Shown: in pieces, positions 55,482-64,000 of the stretch | Layout of the letters: each line of letters starts with the position of its first letter | Position numbering within the stretch: position 1 is the first letter of the stretch | DNA from: the human T2T-CHM13v2.0 reference genome, Homo sapiens | Assembly: GCF_009914755.1 (NCBI RefSeq) | Contig: NC_060928.1 | Reading direction: 5' to 3' (one strand) | DNA: 64,000 nucleotides | Made by a program: the position numbers and the translations under genes | The notes under the pieces: generated by a model | The model's database searches: none | What the model was told of the DNA's origin: nothing | The model's input: only the letters and a program-made list of their open reading frames with translations

Positions 55482-58400
55482 ATAATAGGAGTAAGTCATT
55501 ACTTATCACTAATAACACTGAATGTAAATGGACTAAATTCTCCAATTAAAAGACATAAACTGGCTGAATGAATAAAATAAGCCCCATTGAACTGTTGTCT
55601 ACAAGGAAATCACTTCACTTATGAAGATACACATAGACTGAAAACAAAGGTATGGAAAAAGATATTCCATGCCAATGGAAATAAAGTAAGATCAGGAGTC
55701 ACTATAATTACATCAGACAAAATAGATTTTAGGACAAAAACTATAAGAAGTAATTAAGAAGGTCACTATATAATACAAAAGAGTCAATTCAACAAGAGGA
55801 TATAACAATTTTAAATATATATGCTCCCAACACTGGAGCACCCAGATATATAAAGGAAATATTATTAGAACTAAAGAGAGAGCTAGGCCTTAATACAATA
55901 ATGGCTGGAGACTTCAACACTCTACTTTCGGCATGGGATAGATCTTCCAGACAGAAAATTAACAAAGAAACATTAATCTGCACTATAGACCAAATGGATC
56001 TAACAGATATTTACAGAACATTTCATCCAAGAGCTACAGAATACACATTTTTTTTTCTCAGCACACGGATTATTCTTAAAAATAGACTAAATGCTAGGTC
56101 ACAAAACAAATCAAATCTTCAAACATTCAAATATTTAAAATAATATTAAACACTTTATTTAACCACAGGGAATAAAACCAGAAATGAATAACAAGAGAAA
56201 TTCTGGAAACTATACAAATACATAAAAATTACGCAGTTTGCTCCTGAATTACCAGTGGGTCAATGAAGAAATTAAGAGGGGAACTGAAAGACTTCTTGAA
56301 ACAAATGATAATGAAAATCTATGGCATACAGCAAAAAGCAGTGCTGAGAGAAAAGTTTACAGCTGCAAGTGCTAACATTCAAAAGAGAAAAAAACTATAA
56401 ATAAATAAATAACCTAATGATTCATCTTAAGGAATTAGAAAAACAAGAGCAAAGCAAACCCAAAATTGGTAGAAGAGAAGAAATAATAATTATCAGAGCA
56501 GAAATAAAATTGAAATTAAAAAATACAAAAAAATCAATAAAATAAAAAGTTGTTTTTTTGAAAAGTGAAACAAAATTGACAAATCTTTATCCAGGATAAG
56601 AAAAAAAGAGAGAACATCCAAATAAATAAAATTAGAATGAAAAAGGAGACAGTACAACTGATACTGCAGAAATTCAAAGAATCATTAGTGGCTACTATGA
56701 GCAATGATATGCCAATAAATTGGAACATCTAGAAAAAATGAACAAATTTCTAGACATACACAGCCTATCACAATTTAATCAGGAATAAATCCAAAGCCTG
56801 AATAGACCAATAACAAGTAACAAGATTAAAGCTGTAATAAAAAGTCTCCCAGTAAAGAAAACCATAGGACCTGATGGTTTTACTGCTGAATACTACCAAA
56901 CATTCAAAGAAAATCTAATACCAATTCTACTCAAATGCCTCCGAAAAATAGAGGAGGAGGGAATATTTCCTAATTCATTCTATGAGACCAGTATTACTCT
57001 ACTACAATTACCAAAGACATTTTAAAAAAAAAGGAAAGAAAACTGTAGTCCAACATCTCTGATGAATGTTGATGCAAAATTCCTCAACAAAATGCTAAAT
57101 GCTAGCAAACTGAATTCAATAGTACATTAAAAGGATCATTCATCATAACCAAATGGGATTTATCCCTGGGATGCAAGGATGGTTCCACATATGCAAATCA
57201 ATTAACATGATATATCATATCAACAGAATAAAAGATAAAATCCATATGATCATTTCAATGGATGCTTAAAAAGCATTTGATAAAATTCAACATTCCTTCA
57301 TGATCAAAACCCTCAAAAAACTAGGGATAGGTGAAACATATCTCAATATAATAAAAACTGTATATTACAGATCCACAGCTAGTATACCGAATGTGGAAAA
57401 ACTGAAAGCCTTTTCTTTAACATCTGAAACACGACAAAGATACCCACTATCACCACAGTTATTCAACATAGTACTGGATATCCTGGCTAGAGCAATCAGA
57501 CAAGAGAAAGACAAAGGACATCCAAATTGGAAAAGAAGAAGTCAAATTATTCTTGTGTACTAATTGTATGATCTCATATTTGAAAAATCTTAAAGACTCC
57601 ACAAGAAAACTATTAGAACTGATAAACAAATTCAGTAAAGTTGCAGAATACAAAATAAACACACAAAAATCAGTGGCATTTCTATATGCCAACAGTGAAC
57701 AATGTGAAAAAGAAATAAAAAAGTAATCTCAGTTAAAACAGCCACACATAAAATTAAATTCCTAGGAATTAACAAAAGAAGTGAAAGATCTCTATAATGA
57801 AAACTATAAAACACTGCTGAAGAAAACTGAAGAGGACACCAAAAACTGGAAAAATCTTTCATGTTCATTGATTGGAGGAAAAATATTGTTAAAATATCCA
57901 TACTATCCAAAGGAACCTACAGATTCAGTACGGTCCCTATCAAAATACCAATGACATTCTTCACAGAAGTAGAAAAAAAAATCTAATGGAATCAAAGAAG
58001 ACCTAGAATAGCCAAAGTTATCCTAAATGAAAAGCATAAAACTGAAGGAATCACATTACCTGACTTCAAATTATACTACAGAGCTATGGTAACCAAAATA
58101 GCACAGTACTAACATAAAAACAGACACATAGACCAATGTAACAGAATAGAGAACCCAGAAACAAATCCACACACCTACAGTAAACTCATTTTTGACAAAG
58201 TTGCCAAGAACATACACTGGAGAAGAGATAGTCTCTTCAATAAATGGTGCTGGGCATACTGAATACCCCGATGCAGAAGAATGAAACTAGACCTCTATCT
58301 CTCATTATATACAAAAATAAAATCAAAATGGATTAAAGGCTTACAACTAAAACATTAACTATGAAAATACTACAAGAAAACATTGGTGAAAATCTCTAGA

Positions 58401-59260
58401 ACATTGGTCAGGGCAAAGATTTCTTGAGTAATACCCCACAAGCACAGGCAAGCAAAGCAAACATGGACAAACGGGATCACATGAAGTGAGAAAGCTGCAC
58501 AGAAAAGAATACAATCAAAAAAGTGAAGAGACAATCCACAGAAGGGTAGAAAAAATTTGCAAACTACACTTCTGGCAAGGGATAAATAAACAGAATAGAT
58601 AAAGCTCAAATAACACTACAGGAAAAAAAAAACCTAATAATCCAATCAAAAAATGGGCAAAATATTTGAAAAGACATTTTTGAAAAGAAGACATAAAAAT
58701 GGCAAGTAGGCACATGAAAAGATGCTCAACATCATTGATCATCAGAAAAATGCAAATAAAAACTACAATGAGATATTATCTCACCCTAGTTAAAATGGCT
58801 TAAATTCAAAACATAGGCAATAATAAATGCTGTCAAGGATTTGGAGAAAATGGGACTTTTGTACACTGTTGGAGGGAATGTAAATTAGTACAACCACTAT
58901 GTAGAACGGTTTCAAAGTTCCTAAAAAAAAAATGAGCTACCATATAACCCAGTAATCCCATTGCTGGGTATATACCCAAAAGAAAGGAAATCAGTAAATC
59001 AAAGTGAAATCTGCACTCCTATGTTTGTTGCAGAACTGTTTACAATAGCAAAGATTTGTCAGCTACCTAAGTCTCCATTAACAGATGAATGGGTTAAGAA
59101 AATGTGATACGTATACACAATGAAGTACTTTTCAGCCATAAAAAAAAATGAGATCCAATCATTTGCCACAAAATAAATGGAACTGGAGATAATTATGTTA
59201 AGTGAAATAAGCCAGGCACAGAAAGACAAAGATCACATGTTCTCACTTATTTGTGAGAAT
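55482..59260 (+). pseudogene. Decayed L1 ORF2
   Basis: Peptides AGDFNTLLSAWDRSSRQKINKE (EN) and [19 protein letters not shown]...[22 protein letters not shown] (RT). The catalytic FADD region near 57547-57575 is destroyed. Confidence 0.9.
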
Positions 59261-59769
59261 AAATATCAAAATAATTGAACTCATGAACATAGATGAAAGT
59301 ATTGTTACCAAAGGCTGGAAGTGTAGCTGGGAAGGATTGATGGGGAGGTGGGATTGGTTATTGGGTACCAAAAAAGAGAAAGAATAAATATGACCTGCTG
59401 TTTGATACAATAATAGGGTGACTATTGTCTACAAATATAAAATTAATTGTATATTTAAAAATAAAGAATATAATTGGATTGTTTGTAACTCAAAGGATAA
59501 ATGCTCGAAGGGATGGATACACCATTCTCCATGATGTGCTTATTTCACATTGCATGCCTGTATCAAAACATCTCATGTACTTCATAAATATATATACCTA
59601 CTATGTACCCATAGAAACTTAAAAAATAAAAAATAAATAGAAAATAATGATAGTTTATAGAAAAAAGTTTGCAAATAAAGCTTTTATTTTTGCATGGTAA
59701 ACAAAAAAATCAAGTTTCAACATATGATCATTGTTGGTTTGGTTGAAAAAACAAAATCAATATTGTATT

Positions 59770-60110
59770 AAGGGTTCAGCAAGCACTTTCTGCAAGGAAC
59801 CAGATAGTAAATATTTTAGCCTTTCGGGATCATATGATTTCAGTCACAATTACTCTATTCTACCACTGTAGTGTAAGAGCAGCCATCAAAAAAATGTGTG
59901 AACAAATGAGTTTGGCTACATCCCAATAAAACTGTATTTATGGGCACTGAAATTTGAATTTTGTATAATTTTCACATATGAAGCTAATGATTCTTCTTTT
60001 GGTTTGTTTTCAACCATTTAAAAATGTTAAAAAACATTCTGAGCTCATGTGTGATATTAAAACAGATTGCTGGCTAAATGTGATCCAGGGTCTCTAATCT
60101 GCCCACCGCT
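59770..60110 (+). mobile_element. hAT-Charlie DNA transposon, MER58B-like
   Basis: agggttcagcaa...ccagatagtaaatattttagcct...ccaataaaactgtatttatgggcactgaaatttgaattt...caaccatttaaaaatgt; about 340 bp. Confidence 0.85.
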
Positions 60111-60639
60111 ACTCTGACAAAATAGTCTGCTAGGTAAGAACTGGGCTTGTAAACATTGCACAAAACTTAGATCATTGCAGTTGTCCAATAAGTATTTGCC
60201 AGATAAATTCATGATTTCAAATACCTTGTTTCTGGGAGTTTATTTCTTCGATATGATTTTGTTTACCGATAAAATATTAGGAGTAAATATTTAATATTTT
60301 ATGACATTTATACTGAAAAGTTAAAATTTTACATCTCTTACAATTTCAGAATTGAAGTCTTTTAAGTTTAGAATACATTTGCACTTACTTTTCCAGTGAC
60401 AGAAAGCTACCTTGTTGCTTATTAATTAATCTGCAAAGAAAAATTTAAAATTTCCTTTCTCTTCCTTTTTATTGATATTGATGTCTGTAAACTTATTTTG
60501 ATAACATTGAAAAGCCATCAAGGTAACAATATTTTGAGCAAACAAAATTTTAGAAAGAAAGGAAATACAGTAAAGTGAATCTGACATTCATTACTCTGTT
60601 TTTTCTTTAAATTATGTGCTAATTCAAAAAAACAACAAC

Positions 60640-62130
60640 AAAAAATAGCATCTGGGAAGCTACAAACCTTAGTAGAAACTGCTTCTGAGAAACTGAGGAG
60701 CTAAGTAGAACTTGTATTTTAGGCTTGAGTGTGTAAATATTAAAGTTCATAACTCACTAAGAAGTGGGAACACTACTACACCCTAGATTTTCACTTGGGA
60801 AATGAGGAAAGTCTCTACTGTGGATATAAGGGTCAACCAGAAAAATAATAGTCATCATTAAAATTGAAACCTGATCTTGAATATATTAATATTGTAATGT
60901 AATCTGATCTCTCATTCCTTTAGCCCCATCCCAAAAACAAACCTAAATTCTATGTGAAAAAAACAACATGATTCACAGCCTCAAATATTTTCTATTTTTT
61001 CTATATATTATAGTTTATAACTGAATATAAAACTAAATAAAATAATTATTTATACCAGGAGATAAGCTGGCATGACTGGGAGCCAAGAATAAAAGAATGG
61101 TTAATAGCAATATATGATAGACTCAAATACTGGAATTTTCAGAATAGAGATTTTAAAATCAGTATGATAATTAAGATATTGAAATGAGATAAGATAGAGA
61201 TTTTCAGTATGTAATTGGAAAATATTTTAAAAACAAATACAGTGATAAAAATTATGAAATCAAACATTTTCTTAATGATAGATCAACACAACCAAAGAGG
61301 TGTAAAATATTTTACATGTAGGAATCGAGATTAAAATGGATTAAAATATACTAAAAAGTATTGTACACATATGAATATGAGACAAGTTTTAACATATGGC
61401 TTATCAGGGTCCTATAAGAAGTTAAGAAAGAAAATGGGAAAAAGGTCATATAAAATATGTAGTGTTAATGTATGTTAGTTTTTCAAAATTAATAAATTAC
61501 ATCAGTACACATTATCAAGTACTGTGAATGTGACATTGCAATGAAACATCCCAGTACAATAGTAAAAACACAGAACACTAAAAAAAAAGAAGAAAATCGT
61601 TAAATTTTCCAGAGGAAAAAGCATCCCTCACCTTCAAAGAGAAAAAAACAGAATTTACAGATTATTAACAAAAATCATGGGATCTAAAAACCAGATAGAA
61701 TGTCTTCAAAATGCACAAAGAAAACAACTGACAGACTAGATTTTGATAACCAGTGAAACTATCCCTCAAGATTAAAAAAAAAATTAAGATATTCTTTCAT
61801 AAACAGTAATTGCAAGATTAGATCAACAGAAGTTCTGTACCAAAGCAAAATTTATACCAACGAAAAATTAGGTGCAGATGGAAACAAGACATTGAGGAAG
61901 TGATGAAGAACGAAGGTAATCACCTTGAGGGCAAATATAAATTAATATATCAATATCCCCTTGTAAGTCTCCAAATATTTTGGAAATAAATTATATGTGG
62001 GGATAATTAAAACACACGACAATCATATCACAAAATATTTGATTGTCTAAAAGCAGATAACATAACAATAATTAATGACAATAAATCAATGATGTGTAAT
62101 CTAATATAAGACAGAAAAGTGAAAGTGAGT
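60640..62130 (+). mobile_element. Old L1M 5'/ORF1 region, highly diverged
   Basis: A-rich, with aatactggaattttcagaatagagattttaaaat and actagattttgataaccagtgaaactatccctcaag. Confidence 0.6.
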
Positions 62131-62137
62131 GAAAGGG

Positions 62138-62398
62138 TGTATTAGTTTTCTATGGCTGTTGCAAGAAATTACAACAAACTTGGTAACTAAAATCAACAGA
62201 TGTTTATCCTCATACAATTCTGGAGGACAGAAACCCAAAATAAAAAATGTATATTACTGGGCTGAAATAAAGGTGTCAGCAGGGATACACTCACTTTAAA
62301 AAAATTAGGGAGAAATCCATTTATTGCTCTTTCCAGCTTCTGGTGGCAGCCAACATTCCTTGTTTTTTGGCCCTAACACTGTGCCTCTCTGATCACAT
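62138..62398 (-). mobile_element. MaLR LTR fragment, MLT1C-like
   Basis: tgtattagttttctatggctg...aaattacaacaaacttggt...actgggctgaaataaaggtgtcagcaggg...ttccagcttctggtggc. Confidence 0.85.
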
Positions 62399-62919
62399 AA
62401 GAAATGAATGTGAAGACTGAGCGAATGTGAAATCTTATAAAACATTATTTTAAGTTGATGTTAACATGGAACACTCAATGCATTAAATACTATATCTGAG
62501 ATATATCTGAGATATTTATTAAGAAATTGTACAATATTCTATTCTCCAAACATCTCTTCCACATCAACAAATCAGGAGGAATTATCGTGATAGTATAAAA
62601 AGCAATTAAATATGAAACAATTTTCATAAAATCTGTGCATTCAAAGGTACATCAGAGTAACCTCAAGACTTTTTTTTACTTAGAATTTTTAATAAAATTT
62701 AGATAACATGTAAAGGAGCACATAGAAGAGCGATGTAAATACTAGTAATTCCTGAAAGTATTAGTAAATTGATAGCTGACATTCAGGTGGATGATACTGA
62801 GGTGGAAAAAGAAGAAATTGGGGAAGAGAAATCTGTTTGTATATAGACAGTACAGAGAGAACACCACACATTTTAACAGTTTCTGACACTATCACAGTAT
62901 TATAATGATGATTATTGCT

Positions 62920-63110
62920 TGCAAGAGTGTAGAGTGTATGAGCCCAGAGTATAAACCCACATTTGCTTCTAAGGTACATTTTCTTTTTACCTCCAAAATG
63001 GTACTACTACCTCCATTTCCTTATCTGTAAAACGAGGATGATATTAGTGCCTACCTCAAAGGGTTGTCATAAATATTATATAAAATATTAAATATGAGTG
63101 CACATAAAGT
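62920..63110 (+). mobile_element. MIR
   Basis: MIR core tttccttatctgtaaaacgaggatgatattagtgcctacctcaaagggttgt. Confidence 0.75.
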
Positions 63111-63571
63111 GATTTCTATCAGAACATATATATATGATAAATATTATGAGGGAGATCTTGGAAATGTCACAAATACTGATGCTACAAAACAGACTCAGTA
63201 TAATACACTTCTCTTTCAAGAAAGTGATTACTATAGTAGGAAATACATTTGTAATGTATAATATATATTTAGTAATTTTTGATCTTTTAAGAGATATATT
63301 TCAATTATTTGGAGTTACCGCTTGCACAAAAACATCTCAATAAACTTCAATAAACCATGTATGATTAAATATATATTTGTACAACAGTGACTGAAAAGAT
63401 TTTAGTCATAAGCTGCCCTCCTATTTATAAGGGATAAAAGAAATATCACACATTAATGTTAAAGTAGTTATATTGGTATGTAAAAATGTAAATTTTAAAA
63501 TTAAAATTAAACAATATATTTTTATTTTAATGAGGAATTATGAATTTTTGATTAACAAATATTTCTGAAGT

Positions 63572-64000
63572 GGGCATGGTTCCAAGATGGCCAAATAGGA
63601 ACAGTTCCAGTCTACAGCTCCCAGTGTGAGCGACCCAGAAGACGGGTGATATCTGCATTTCCCACTAAGGTACCAGGTTCATCTCACTGGGGCTTGTCAG
63701 ACAGTGGGGGAATGACAGTGGGTGCAGCCCACCGAGCATGAGCCAAAGCAGGGCAAGGCATCATCTCACCCAGGAAGCACAAGGGGTCAGGGAATTCCCT
63801 TTCCTTGCCAAGGGAAGCAGTGACGCATGGCACGTGGAAAATCGGGTCACTCACACCCTAATACTGCGCTTTTCCAATGGTCTTAGCAAATGACACATCA
63901 GGAGTTTATATCCCACGCCGGGCTTGGAGGGTCCCACGCCCACGGAGCCTCACTCATTGCTAGTACAGCAGTCTGAGATCAAACTGCAAGGTGGCAGCAA
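63572..64000 (+). mobile_element. 5' UTR of an L1PA5/6-like LINE-1, running off the window end
   Basis: ggttccaagatggccaaataggaacagttccagtctacagctcccagtgtgagcga...ggggcttgtcagacagtggg. Confidence 0.95.
63583..63592 (+). promoter_or_regulatory. YY1 site of the L1 internal promoter
   Basis: CAAGATGGCC lies about 12 nt into the L1 5' UTR, its established position. Confidence 0.8.

Larger units (their letters stand above)
52011..59660 (+). mobile_element. Full-length LINE-1, L1MA2-like (L1M1-type 5' UTR), about 7.6 kb, inactive
   Basis: 5' end ggagcaagatggcagaata, ~2-kb UTR, ORF1, long inter-ORF spacer, ORF2, 3' UTR ending gcatgcctgtatcaaaacatctcatgtac and an A-rich tail. TSD aaaaaagttttg (51999-52010) / aaaaaagtttg (59661-59671). 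Confidence 0.94.

Overview
This is AT-rich primate genomic DNA. AluY, AluJ, L1PA/L1PB and THE1 elements point to a catarrhine, most likely human or ape. I recognise no host protein-coding exon, RNA gene, CRISPR array or prokaryotic system, and roughly half or more of the window is transposon-derived. The main elements are a near-full-length L1PB1 (4.3-10.3 kb, minus), a two-LTR ERV1 provirus of the MER66 type with a tRNA-Glu primer-binding site and integrase/env remnants (19.2-25.6 kb, minus), an internally deleted L1PA16-type element (31.2-36.0 kb, minus), a full-length L1MA2-type element (52.0-59.7 kb, plus) and the start of an L1PA5-type element at the right edge. Four Alus, several MaLR/ERVL solo LTRs, MER58B, and L2/MIR/old L1M fragments are also present. 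The ORFs I can assign are decayed L1/ERV frames or antisense readings of them; the rest look like low-complexity or chance frames. I found no support for a new biological system. The most interesting signals are replication or repair scars visible in the sequence: a 119-bp near-perfect palindrome, an inverted 38-bp insertion copied from 1.4 kb away, a coupled duplication and deletion, and a compact short-range template switch. Subfamily names come from my recollection of consensus sequences, not from a search.
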